A stretch of DNA of 64,000 nt from Octopus bimaculoides (taxonomy: Eukaryota). Below, one piece after another: positions 39,324-51,781 of the stretch. The stretch lies in NCBI RefSeq assembly GCF_001194135.2, contig NC_068988.1, forward strand, positions 94,067,412 to 94,131,411, in the 5' to 3' direction. Below the pieces are notes generated by a model. That model was not told where the DNA came from. It did no database searches and was given only the letters and a program-made list of their open reading frames with translations. Within the stretch, counting starts at the first letter, position 1. Every line of letters starts with the position of its first letter. Position numbers and translations under genes: made by a program.

Positions 39324-39770
39324 TTTTTCAGGTTTTCCCTGGATGTCACGACATCCAGAGTTTCTTGTAGGAATAAGTTGCATACCTGTGATGTTCTACT
39401 GGTCTGTTATAAGAAAATGCTGCATGATGAAACGGAACATCGATATTACTATCATCACCGAGCTTTCTACTAACATATCCATGCTCATATAGGCTTCTGC
39501 TCATACAGACTCATCTTTTCATCTGATGATACGCTGCAGTAGATTCGTGCAACTTCTTTGGGCATTGTATTCTAGGTTATCAGAGTGTTGCTCAAGGAGC
39601 TGCCTTCCAAGTCTAATGATATTATGAGCCTCGTGTATGCAAACTTGGTCAAGGAATGCGGTGGTCTGTTATAAAAAATGCTGCACGATGCAACGGAACA
39701 TCACGGCTGTGCAACTTACTCCTACAGGAAACCCTGGCAATCATGACATCCAGGGAAAACCCGATAAAAA
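39324..39770. mobile_element. Foldback/MITE-like element with ~75-bp TIRs
   Basis: 39324-39396 is approximately the reverse complement of 39696-39770; internal 42-bp direct repeat at 39400-39441 and 39662-39702. Confidence 0.8.
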
Positions 39771-39773
39771 GTT

Positions 39774-39942
39774 TCGGGAGAGAAGGTAAGTCGATTACAT
39801 CGACCCCAGTGTTTAACTGATACATTTTTTCTATCGATGAAACGCAAAGCCAGCCTCGGCAGAATTTGAACTCAGAACGTAACGAGACGATTTGCCGCTA
39901 AGAACTTTACCCGCTGTGCAAACGGTTTTTGCAGCTCGTGCC
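39774..39942 (-). mobile_element. SINE A, diverged
   Basis: AAGTCGATTACATCGACCCCAGTG...GCCTCGGCAGAATTTGAACTCAGAACGTAAC. Confidence 0.85.
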
Positions 39943-40004
39943 TATACGATAATTTATGCACAATAATTATGTATCTAGGACAACTACAGTAACAAGATTA
40001 CCTT

Positions 40005-40410
40005 AAAGCACACACACACACACACGCACACACACACAAACACACACGCACATACACGCACTTACACACGTACGCACACGCACGCACACACATATACATA
40101 GATGCACACACATGCACACACGCGCACTCAACACACCACGCACACACGTACACACACACACATATAAAAAAACACACGCACAACGCACACACATATACAT
40201 ACACATACATAGACGCACACACACACACACGTACACAAACATACATATGCACATACATGCACACACTTACACACGCGCGCGCACACGTACCACGCACACA
40301 TCCACACACCACACACACGCACACACATAGACACACGCGCACACAACACACTACACTCATAGACACACGCATACAACAACCACACACACACGCACACGCA
40401 CACATCGACG
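40005..40410. repeat. Degenerate (CA)n-rich tract
   Basis: Direct reading. Confidence 0.95.
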
Positions 40411-40819
40411 TGCATGATCATACGCGGACAATATTGGAGCCGGTTTGAGGTAATCTAGTCTTTGGATGCTGTCAGTTTTCATTACTTTATGTACTTCTCT
40501 CATTATTCGTTGTAATTCTTATGGTTATTTACATCATCAACAACAATAACAAGAAGAAATACAGTTAATCCAACAATAAGCAAACTGTAGCTGTAGCAGC
40601 AGGAAAAAAAAAATTATGACAAGATCCAAAAATAACAACAACAAGAGATGAGGCTCCGAGAGCAAGCATTCAATCAGCAAATGATTTATATAGCAACAGA
40701 GAAGGGAACTTGAGAGAGAGGTAGACTCACTAACAGGAAATGACAGAGAGGAAGCGAAGACAGAAAGTGGAAAATAGAGAGAGAAAGACTAAGATACATA
40801 GAGGTATGTGGGGAGAGAA

Positions 40820-40873
<54 letters not shown>

Positions 40874-41337
40874 CAATAGAGAACGAGATGTAAAGAGAAA
40901 ATGGACGGGCAAAAATATGTAGCATTAAACAGAGAAATTGAAAGACGCAAAAGCAGCCAATAAGACAAGAAGAAAAGACGAGCATATACGCACATACACA
41001 CATGTATACAGGCACACACATCCATGCACTTACTCACACACACATACGTAGGGATGAGAGAGAGAGAGATGTGTGTGTGTGTGTAAGACAAGCCGCATAA
41101 TTATGTGAAATCTTTCTGCATGTGGAATCATATTTAATGTTTGCATCATATGCATATGCTGCAAGTTGTTTTGCTGAAGAAAAATTATATTTAGTGTTAA
41201 TCACGAATAAAGACGATCAAATTCGAGAGTAGTATCGAAACCTGATTTTTTTTTCCTTCTTTATCATTGGATGATGGTAATACAATCGCAATTAAGCACT
41301 TTCAAAAAGTATACGTATATTTTTGAAAACAATTCAT

Positions 41338-41632
41338 TTTTTTTCTTTTTGTAGTTTCAGCTCAGAGCTGTGGCCATGCTGGGGCACCGCCGTTTTGCTA
41401 CACTGTTATTACTGAGAGCCTCCTCTAATATGTGGCACTTGGTGAACAATGGAATTTGATACCGCTACCCTTGTTTGCATCTCTTGCCGTGAGATAGGTT
41501 CATCTGGGACTCTCAACAGGAAGAGGTCCAGTTTTCATATGAAAACACTAACATCCAATTTGTGTAGGTTCCTCGGGCTCTTTGGGAGAATATTAAAAAG
41601 CTGTGGGCTCCTGAAACCCAGGCTATTGCATT
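41338..41632 (-). pseudogene. CR1-group LINE extreme 3' end with tail
   Basis: CNSLGFRSPQLFNILPK..NLHKLDVSVF..KLDLFLLRVPDEPISRQE..RVAVSNSIVHQVP, then GGCGGTGCCCCAGCATGGCCACAGCTCTGAGCTGAAACTAC. Confidence 0.85.
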
Positions 41633-41800
41633 AACTGGTCCTGAAGAGCGATGGCATTACTGGGCTGAATTTTTCATATCTACCGCGCATGTGCGGTTTT
41701 CTTATCGGCAGCAAATACAAAAAATGCCGAAAAATTATAACATATAAGCACGAGGCATGTTTCTATGTATTGCCTCGTATTTATGTGTTAATCTTGGCTC

Positions 41801-41871
41801 TCCTGCTGATGATAGCTGGCCTAGCAAATTATTTTATTTTGCTGAAAATAGCTTGAAACCTTGGTTCAGGA
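41801..41871 (+). ncRNA. Type I hammerhead ribozyme fold with extended stem II
   Basis: UCCUG CUGAUGA U AGCU..AGCAAAU/AUUUUGCU..AGCU U GAAA CCUUGG UU|CAGGA. Stem I is a perfect 5 bp, stem III ACC/GGU, triplet GUU. Confidence 0.75.
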
Positions 41872-42736
41872 TATAGACGGTAAATGTTTTTATTTTTCAT
41901 TCCCTTTCGAAATTATCCCTAATTGTGGTTTGGAGTTTGACTGCTCCTTCTAGCGGTTAGAATATATATNNNNNNNNNNNNNNNNNNNNNNNNNNNNNNN
42001 NNNNNNNNNNNNNNNNNNNNNNNNNNNNNNNNNNNNNNNNNNNNNNNNNNNNNNNNNNNNNNNNNNNNNNNNNNNNNNNNNNNNNNNNNNNNNNNNNNNN
42101 NNNNNNNNNNNNNNNNNNNNNNNNNNNNNNNNNNNNNNNNNNNNNNNNNNNNNNNNNNNNNNNNNNNNNNNNNNNNNNNNNNNNNNNNNNNNNNNNNNNN
42201 NNNNNNNNNNNNNNNNNNNNNNNNNNNNNNNNNNNNNNNNNNNNNNNNNNNNNNNNNNNNNNNNNNNNNNNNNNNNNNNNNNNNNNNNNNNNNNNNNNNN
42301 NNNGTATATATATATGTATGGGTATATATATATGTATGGGTATATATATATGTATATATATGTATGTATAAGTATATATATCTAAATGTATATGTGTGTG
42401 TGTATACACGTGTACGCATGTATGTGTGGGTGAGGGAGAGTTTATTCACATACACACATATGTGTATATACATACAAGCATAAACACAGCCCGCTGATAC
42501 GACCAGTTAGAGAATCCACACACACACACACGTGAGTAAGGACACGTGTCCCCAAAGGCCGAGATACGTTCCTTTGTGTGTGGAAGTGCACTTGCATTAA
42601 AATTGCACGTGCTTCCGCGTATCTGTTGGGGGTGGGTGTATGTATGTATGCATGTACGTATTCATATATGTAGGTATGTATAATCTATCTATCTCTGTAT
42701 GTATATATGTGTTTGTGTGTGTGTGTATGTGTGTGT

Positions 42737-42772
<36 letters not shown>

Positions 42773-43409
42773 CTGTATGCAATCACATGTGTATGGGGGT
42801 ACACATACATAGAAACATATATATTCACATACACATGCATACACATACATATAAATGAGTGTAAATACATGCAAAAATATATAGATACACACACACACAC
42901 ATATATATATATGTATATATATATATATGTATATATATATANNNNNNNNNNNNNNNNNNNNNNNNNNNNNNNNNNNNNNNNNNNNNNNNNNNNNNNNNNN
43001 NNNNNNNNNNNNNNNNNNNNNNNNNNNNNNNNNNNNNNNNNNNNNNNNNNNNNNNNNNNNNNNNNNNNNNNNNNNNNNNNNNNNNNNNNNNNNNNNNNNN
43101 NNNNNNNNNNNNNNNNNNNNNNNNNNNNNNNNNNNNNNNNNNNNNNNNNNNNNNNNNNNNNNNNNNNNNNNNNNNNNNNNNNNNNNNNNNNNNNNNNNNN
43201 NNNNNNNNNNNNNNNNNNNNNNNNNNNNNNNNNNNNNNNNNNNNNNNNNNNNNNNNNNNNNNNNNNNNNNNNNNNNNNNNNNNNNNNNNNNNNNNNNNNN
43301 NNNNNNNNNNNNNNNNNNNNNNNNNNNNNNNNNNNNNNNNNNNNNNNNNNNNNNNNNNNNNNNNNNNNNNNNNNNNNNNNNNNNNNNNNNNNNNNNNNNN
43401 NNNNNNNNN

Positions 43410-43450
<41 letters not shown>

Positions 43451-43715
43451 CATACGTATATGCATATGAGTTATTGACGCTAGAAAGCGCACATGCAATC
43501 GCATTTTCGCTGTCTCTGCTGGTATCGCTCCTTATAGTGTGGCTGTATTGCGACTAATATGTCATTCACATACAATAACCAATACGCGTCCAAGTGATCG
43601 CCTCTGCCGCCCTACAGGAATCATCTCTCAAAAGTACACTAATCATTATATAAACGTATTTATACAAACATTTATATTAGAAGATATAAGTACAAACGCC
43701 GTATATATATACACA

Positions 43716-43769
<54 letters not shown>

Positions 43770-43954
43770 ATATATATATATGTATGTATACACGCACGTA
43801 TCATCTTTGTATACACATGTATACACACACGTATACGTAAACATACATACATACATTTATCTATGGTGTTTGTGCATAAAATTAATCACACACTACCAGA
43901 ACAAAAAGTAAATCTATCAAGTTCTGTCTCTCTCTACGTTCTCCNNNNNNNNNN

Positions 43955-44013
<59 letters not shown>

Positions 44014-45380
44014 AACTCACATACTCTAACCGCGATTGATGAACAGCTAAAAAAATAATATCAAATAAAAACAAAACAATCCATTAATAACTGGAGCAAA
44101 ATGGAGCTTAATGAAAACTCTCCTGCAAAACCACACAATAGCGACAAAAAAAAAACAAGTCCACCAAAACTAGATGTACAAATAAATACACAGTGAAAAA
44201 ATGTAATAGAAATAAGCGAAAATTCGTTTGGTTATGAACTCTTTCTGTCTCTAATCCTCTCCACCTTGCCTTTAACGTTCTTATATTATTAACACTCTTG
44301 GTTTTACTATGAATCTGCCCCCAATATTTTGCGAAGAGTGTGGCTGCATAATATTAAACAGACGACAACTGTCGATTCGGTCACGGTGATTTCAAGCCAT
44401 GATATCACTGATTATTTCTTATGATTTCATAAGCACGAATCTAGCGATGGAGTAGTGAGGTAAGAGAGTGAGGGATAGAGAATAAGAAAGAGAAAGAGTG
44501 AGAGAGAGAAAGTGTGTATTTGTGTAAGTTAGAGGGAGAGAGAGAGAGAGAGAAAGAGGGAAAGTGAATACGTGTAAGAGAGAAATAAAGTTTATTATAG
44601 AAGTAGTTCTTACAACGAAGACGTCTTTTTCGTTTCTTTTTTTTCTTCCGGTGAGGGTCCCAAAGAGGCGAGAGAAAAATGGAGAAAGTGTGAACTCACT
44701 TAGACCTCGCTTACGTTCTGGAAAAACGACAATTTTTCTTTGCTTTTTTCTTTCTATTTGTTCTAGCTTTGCAGTCAACATGGCGGCTACATCTTAGTAA
44801 TAAGCTGGTGGTGGTGGTGGTGGCGATAGTGACTGTAATAGTGTCGCTAGTAAATGTGGTGGTGGTTGTGGTGGGATGGTGGGAGGGAGGAGGGTGAAAG
44901 CAGAAGAAAAAAAGATAAAAGACCCAGAAGAGATGCGGCTTCATCGTAAACTCTCTTGACATCATCATCGTCATCCTCACCGTCACCACCACCACCACCA
45001 TCACCACTGCCACCACCACCAACACCACCATCATCATCATCGTCATCATCACCATCATTATCAACTGCAATAACATCAAGCAACGAAATTAACAATAACA
45101 TCGTCAGCGATTATTGTCATCAATGTCACCATTCTTCTTCTTCTTTCTCCAGATCACCATCATCATCGTCATCATACACTCGTGTGATTTAATTCAACGG
45201 TTCTTTCTTTCCATTTACCCAATGTGGTACCAGTTATTACCGTAGGTATGTCTGCACGAGTGCTGTTTGTTTGCGTTGACAAAATGTTCTAGCTCTGATC
45301 TGTAATTGTTATTTTGACATTTACATCTTTCCTTTTAACATTTTCAGCATACCAAAGCATAGACAGAAACATGGAAAGTA

Positions 45381-45725
45381 AAGACCCCCCACCCCCAAGG
45401 TCGTTGATGACCATTGGATTGCACCTAGAGAGTTCCCCTCCGAGGCACAGTCCGGGCAAGGTTGTTCTACGGAAGACCAGCAGTCACCCATGCATACCAG
45501 CCTCCCCTCTCCACGCCGCTGATGTTATCCAAGAGAATGGCAAAGGCTGATACAACTTTGCATCAGTGACAACGTCGCAAATCATTCTTGCAGCTGAGTG
45601 AACTTGGACTACATGAAATAAAGTGCCTTGCTCAAGAACACAACACATAACTCTGTCCGGGAATCGGAATGACTACCTCATGATTGTGAGCTCACCGCTC
45701 TAACCACTGAGCCATACGCCATCAC
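45381..45725 (-). mobile_element. SINE C head/CORE with a different tail (C2)
   Basis: Minus strand GGCTCAGTGGTTAGAG..CGATTCCCGGAC..GTGTTCTTGAGCAAGGCACTTTATTTC; tail ..AACAACCTTGCCCGGACTGTGCCTCGGAGG.. is unrelated to C1. Confidence 0.75.
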
Positions 45726-47024
45726 AGATAGAAATATATAGAAACACATCAAACCCCTAGATGTAGGCATATGTCTATTTATGTATTTATGTATGTATGT
45801 ATGTATGTATGTATGTATGTATCACATCCCTTTGAAAAAGGGATATTGTTAGAAACGTCATAAATGACTTCTTTTTTATTTTCTGTTTTAAACTAATTAT
45901 GTTGGTCGTGAATTCATATTGCTGTTGTCCGTATTTTTTTCTTGTTTGGCCATCTCCCACTCTCTCTCCCCACTCTCTCGCCCCACTCTCTGTCTTCTGT
46001 TCTTTTCCACTCTCTGTCTCTCCCCCTCTCTCTCTACTCCCTTCCTCTCTCCTCTAATATACATGTGTGTGAGTATGTATGTGGACGCACACACAACTAC
46101 ATGCTTATGTATATATTTGCGCATTGAACTATATATGTATATGCATGAGTGTGTATATGTGTTTGCGTGTGTGTGTGAGAGAGAGAGGGGAGAAAGAGAG
46201 AGGGGAGAAAGAGAGAGAGAGACAGACAGACAGACAGAGAGAGAGAGAGAAAGAAATAGCGAAAGGAAGAAAACGAAGGAGAGTTATTTGCAAACGCTTA
46301 AATAATTTTTCTCCTCTGACGTCTAATTCTACTTCTTGTCCAAATTCATGGACTGTTTTAGAATAACTGTTTGCTTCAAAAACGAGAAGATTCAAACAAG
46401 TCCATGAAAAAAAATAATCTTCAAATGTTTCACTCATCTCAGAGAAAATACCAATAATAGGAACTGCACACAGAGACGTGTAATATGTGAAGTAGTGCTG
46501 ATAAATTAAACAGTATCGAAGCTAAGTAAAGACTGCATCTACCCAAGGTTATATTGCAAAATTACGCAATATCTGGAATATTCAAATAATTATGTTAAAA
46601 TATTTAGCAGTAAAAAAATCAATCCAATTCATTAAAATGGTAACTTCAGAATTCTTTTCTTTCTCTATTTTCTATTTTCCAAAAATGTTATTAAATTAAT
46701 TTTTTACGGGTTTCCATAATTGCTTATGTTGCTGCTACTGTTATTGTTGTTAGGATTTTTGCTTCGCTAATTTTCCCTTTTAACTCCAAACCGGCCCTGA
46801 TCAAGAAAACTTGAGATCAGCTTTAATATTTAAAAGAACAAAGAGCGGTTCAAGAGAGAATTGTCTGCGGTCGAACGACCGCGTACAGACGACCATAATA
46901 GCTTGCATCATTTCTAGACGTGACTCTATTTGTTGTTGTTGTTGCTGAGGCTCAATGTGGTTCATACACACACACACACACACACACACATACTTGTTGT
47001 AGTAGTAGTAGTAGTAGTAGTAGT

Positions 47025-47058
<34 letters not shown>

Positions 47059-47075
47059 ATGATAATGATTTTAAG

Positions 47076-47506
47076 AAGGTGGTGATCTGGCAGAAACATT
47101 AGCACGCCGGGCGAAATGCTTAGCGATATTTCGTCTGCCGTTACGTTCTGAGTTCAAATTCCGCCGAGGTCGACTTTGCCTTTCATCCTTTCGAGGTCGA
47201 TAAATTAAGTACCAGTTACGCACTGGGGTCGATGTAATTGACTTAATCTCGTTGTCTGTCCTTGTTTGTCCCCTCTATGTTCAGCCCCTTGTGGGAAATA
47301 AAGAAATAAGAAACGTTAGCACACCGGGCGAAATGCGTAGCGGTATTTCGTCTGTCTTTACGTTCTGAGTTCAAATTCCGCCGAGGTCAACTTTGCTTTT
47401 AATGCTTTCGGGGTCGATAAATTAAGTACCAGTTACGTACTGAGGTAGATGTAATAGACAGGATCCCTCCCCCAAAATTTCGGGCCTTGTGCCTAGAGTA
47501 GAAAGG
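47076..47506 (+). mobile_element. SINE A heterodimer (tail-1 unit + 5'-truncated tail-2 unit) in one 15-bp TSD
   Basis: GATAATGATTTTAAG at 47061-47075 and 47507-47521; junction ..AAAGAAATAA|GAAACGTTAGC near 47308. Confidence 0.9.
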
Positions 47507-47534
47507 GATAATGATTTTAAGTTTTGACAGAAGG

Positions 47535-47628
47535 GCTACAGTTTTTAAAGGGAGGGGACTAGTCTGTTACATTGACTCCAGTATTCAACTGGTACTTATT
47601 TTATCGACCTCGAAAGAATGAAAGCAAA
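47535..47628 (-). mobile_element. SINE A body fragment
   Basis: AGTCTGTTACATTGACTCCAGTATTCAACTGGTACTTATTTTATCGACCTCGAAAG. Confidence 0.75.
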
Positions 47629-48204
47629 ACTATTTTCCACTACACGTAGAAACTAATTTCATAACTTCTTCACATTAACTTTGTTTTTATTGGAATGTTG
47701 CTGAATATTATTACTTTTGTATTTTTTTTCTTTCTCGACGCATTTTTCAATTAATTTTGACTTATTTGAGTATGTACTTCAGCTTTTCACTGCCGACCTG
47801 ATAATGTTGAATCATAACTACTTAGATTGATAACCGACCCCAAGTATACTGCTTAATAATACATGTAGCATAAATACAGCAATAAGAATAATCCGTTTTC
47901 CAATATGAAATATATCGGCAGACAACAAGTCTCAATATATACGCTATACTGATATATATATATTTATAAACAAATAATCAAATAGAGAGCATATCTGCAT
48001 ATGGCTAGTGTCATTTACTATGAGATATTATCAAGTATTTATTACCAAGTATTTATCAACTATTTATTACTAACCAACCGTTATCTATCGTCTATGCTCA
48101 TGCGCGTATACGCTCACACTCGCACACACAAACGCGCATATACTCACATAAATATATGTGTGTGAATGTGTTTGCATGTGCGTCTTTCTCTGTGTGTGTG
48201 TGTA

Positions 48205-48632
48205 TTGAGGTGGTACCCAAAAGTAACCGAAAACGTTCTCTGTGGGACAAGCCCGTTGTAGTCCAGGCTTCTGCCGCTAGAAATCACTTGATACAACCCT
48301 CAGGCATCAGTATACCAACCGGTGTCATCGATGGAAGTCGTACTGCCATGTGGTGCGTCTTTGTTTTCCAGAGCTTCTTGCCTGTTAGTCCATTTTTGCG
48401 ATGGTTGAAAAGAAGGGGCAGCGTGCTTCGGTGAAATTCTGAGGTTAACGGCGACCGAAACAACTGTCATGCTTCAGACAGCGTACAAAGCACCAGTTTA
48501 CCAGTGGTTTTCATGATTTAGGAATGGCCACTGATTGTTTGAAGACCAGCCTTGTTCAGGGCGTCCGGCGATCTCCCGAACGAATGAAAACATTATTTTA
48601 ATTCATGAACTGATTTAGGAGAACCGTCACCG
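48205..48632 (+). pseudogene. mariner transposon 5' part (TIR, UTR, HTH region of transposase), decayed
   Basis: TA-(T)TGAGGTGGTACCCAAAAGTAACC start; ATG at 48401, MVEKKGQRASVKF..ATET..MLQTAY..VYQWFS*FRNG..EDQPCSGRP..RTNENI..IHELI*ENR. Confidence 0.8.
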
Positions 48633-49140
48633 AAAATTTTGTATAATCAGCATAGCTGGTGAGAATGGCTGACTAGATGAGCACATGTCTGAAGGAACCA
48701 CCACAAGCAGTAGTGGTCCCAATACAGTTCTTTGAGGGATTTCGCTTCGAATTGATACTTCCCCAGAAAGAGCACCATTGGCTGCAACTGTTTGCCCTCT
48801 GTCTTTTAGATGCCTATACAACCACTCTCCCAGTTTTCCAGCCATACCAACGTCACGTAATTTGTGACGTATCATCCCGTAATGAACTTTGAAAGGCTTT
48901 GGCAAAGTTGAGATACATCACATCCACGTTTGAGTGATTGAGTAGCTGTTTCAGTAGCCACTCGTAATGCTGGAGTAGCTGTGTGAGGTAGCTCCTCCCG
49001 AGCCATATTGCGTGTTTGTGAGCAAGTGACATTCTTCTAGGAAGGAGATCGGCCTCCTTCGGACAATGCGTTCCATGGCCTTGCTAACATGTGAAGTCAA
49101 AGAGATAGGCCTGAAAGTTTTAGCATCTGCTCTGCCTCCT
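48630..49140 (-). pseudogene. CR1-group LINE reverse transcriptase core fragment
   Basis: FRPISLTSHVSKAMERIV..NVDVMYLNFAKAF(fs)KVHYG..HKL..GKLGEWL..PQRTVLGPLL..(fs)YADYTK, with the YADD motif mutated. Confidence 0.9.
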
Positions 49141-50689
49141 TACGGACAGGGCATATGATGCTTCTTTTAAAGCATATATGTCTATTATATATATATATGT
49201 ATATGTATGTATGTATATTAATGCATATAGTTACTTTTATATATATGTAAGTAGACACATACACACACACACACACACACACACGCACGTGTATGTATCT
49301 GTGCAATATGATTGAATGGTTGAGAAGTTCGCTTCGCAATCTATATGTGTATATAACTATGCATATTCGCGTTTGACGTATTTATATGTACACACGTGCA
49401 GGCATACATATACGCACATGTGTATATCTGGAATCTATATATATATCTGAACATACGTATACGTACATGTGCATGTGTGCGCACGCGCACGCACGTTTGT
49501 GTGTATTAATTGTAATGCAGTTTCTATAGTATGTCTTTGCCTGAGGTGGAATATAGCGTAACTCCGATGTCATGCTCTAATGCTTTTCGCATGATGAGAA
49601 TCAGAATTATTGGATGCCAGTAAAGTAATAGTGTTTTCCCAGGTGTCATCGTGACAGCAAATTAACTGTTTGTCATCATGCACATCTTGCCATAGATCTC
49701 CATCATATTTTCCACTAGTCAAGAGAAAATTTTCATTCAATTGTTTCCTAAAACGTTGCTATTTTGCCGCCCTCAACAACCAGTTCTCTGTATTTCTTTA
49801 TCTACGTGTGTGTAGCTGGTATGAGTTGATGATAAGTGGAATAAGGTCTATCGCCAAAAGCGACGTGTGATGGAAAGAGGGAGAAAATTGGAGAGAGGGA
49901 ATGGGAGTGAAAGATAAGGGAAAAGAGCTGGAGTGACTTTGTTTTTCACCTGACTTCACTCTGTGTAGCAGTGACCGTCAGTAAATAACTGAAAAACACA
50001 AGGACAGCCATTTTCTTGTAAACTAATATATTAGTCAAAACGGTAATACAATGCTATTGATTTGGCCGGAGTGACGTCCCCTTGTGGCCACGTTATCATC
50101 ACACAGCAATGCTCCTCATAGTTGTACATGCGGCAGATTCAAATTATTCAACTTGTAACCACTGATAGATAATGACGTCGCCTCTTCTCACGTTTGTCTT
50201 CTTTCAGCATCCCAAAGGGCGTGCCAGTTATTAGTTAAAACATAGCGCGTAAGCTGCCTCCAAGCCAATCTACTTTGTACCAATAAGAAAACCAGCTGTC
50301 CAAATCGATAATAAGGACTAGCTATTGACTAAATTATATTTACAACTTACTGGGTTGCTCGTTATTTTGGGACTGTTATTATATACATGAGGTGTTGATT
50401 GAGATGGTTGTTGCCTTTCCTTACTGCTTCTCTCCCTGCCTGCTTCAAGCATGCTCACTGACACGTCTGTTCTTCTTTCAGCACACATTCTTCTGATAAC
50501 TACAAAAACAATTGATACTTCTAGAAAATGTTCATAAACACAAATGCACATACTGCTTATTATCTCGTACACCATCGCTCACAAGTATGCGTAGATATCT
50601 ACATGAATACATATATACATAAGCACACGTGTAAACACACACACATACAGTATATAGATAATTCTATCTCTCTCGCTCTCTGTGTACTT

Positions 50690-50940
50690 GTGGGGAGAAG
50701 CCGCGTAGCTTGGTAGTTAGGTTGTTGCACTCATGATCACAAGATGGTAGTTTCAATTCCTGGACCGGGTAATGTGTTCAGTTCTGGAGCAAAACACTTC
50801 GTTTCACTTTGCTCCAGTCCACTCAGCTGGCATATGTGAGTTATCATGTGATGGACCAGAGACCTATCCAGTGGGAGAATAAATGAGTTACAAAATCCGG
50901 GGTGACGGTGTATGGAGCGGTGGCGCGGAAGGACCTTTGA
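50690..50940 (+). mobile_element. SINE C head/CORE with tail C3
   Basis: TAGTTAGGTTGTTGCACTCATGATC..TTTCAATTCCTGGACCGGG..GAGCAAAACACTTCGTTTCACTTTGCTCCAGTCCACTCAGCTGGC. Confidence 0.75.
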
Positions 50941-51744
50941 TCGATTATTCTTTCTTCTTTGATATATGTATGCATACACACAAATGCTGATGATTGTCTC
51001 ATCTTGTCAGGTGATAGCCGTTCCCCATTCAGTCTGATTGTGCTGCTTTACATGTACACGGATAAGACTTTTTGGGGTCTGCACACGCTGCAACACATCT
51101 ATCGACACAAGACTCTATAACGGAACAATAAATGATAATGAGTCAACTGTCGCAAAAAATGGGGGAATTTTTAGCATTTAGCAAGCGAAGAATGCGAAGC
51201 AGACACAATGGGGAATATAAGAATTTACTTACAAACTTACAACGATAATCATGAACTAACATTGGACCATTGTCACAGCTGAAAGTGCATGTATGCGCAT
51301 ATAAGTATATAATATATACTTAATAACTGATTGACATGGCCCCCAATAACTTAACGTCAATCAAACTAATTAATCTAGTTTTTAGAGAAAACAGAAAATG
51401 CAGTTTGGAAGCGTATCCCATTTCCAAGGCCGAGTGCTAAATGCATCGAATATGTTTCGGTATTATTATACCTCCTCAACTTTTGGTTTGAGTACAGAAG
51501 AGCAATGTGACACCTGGTCCCACAAATTGAATACACAACTTATGATGATCAAGCGTGATCTATTATTAGTGTCATGCTTCTGAAAATACAATGGCCGAAC
51601 AAACTTGTACAGTACGCCGTGAGTTTTCAGGGAATCATCCAAAACCAAAATCATGACTGCTTTTTCAGAAAAAAATCGAGAGGACATAAGAGAGAACCGG
51701 AGGAAAAAAGCGAAACAAAAAAGTGGATGGAGAAAAAGGAAAAA

Positions 51745-51781
<37 letters not shown>

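Noticed and set aside
46863-46917. GC hairpin GCGGTCG-AA-CGACCGC followed by CTAG as a Helitron 3' end
   Set aside because: Spacing is too long, CTAG is not followed by T, and no 5' TC end was identified.
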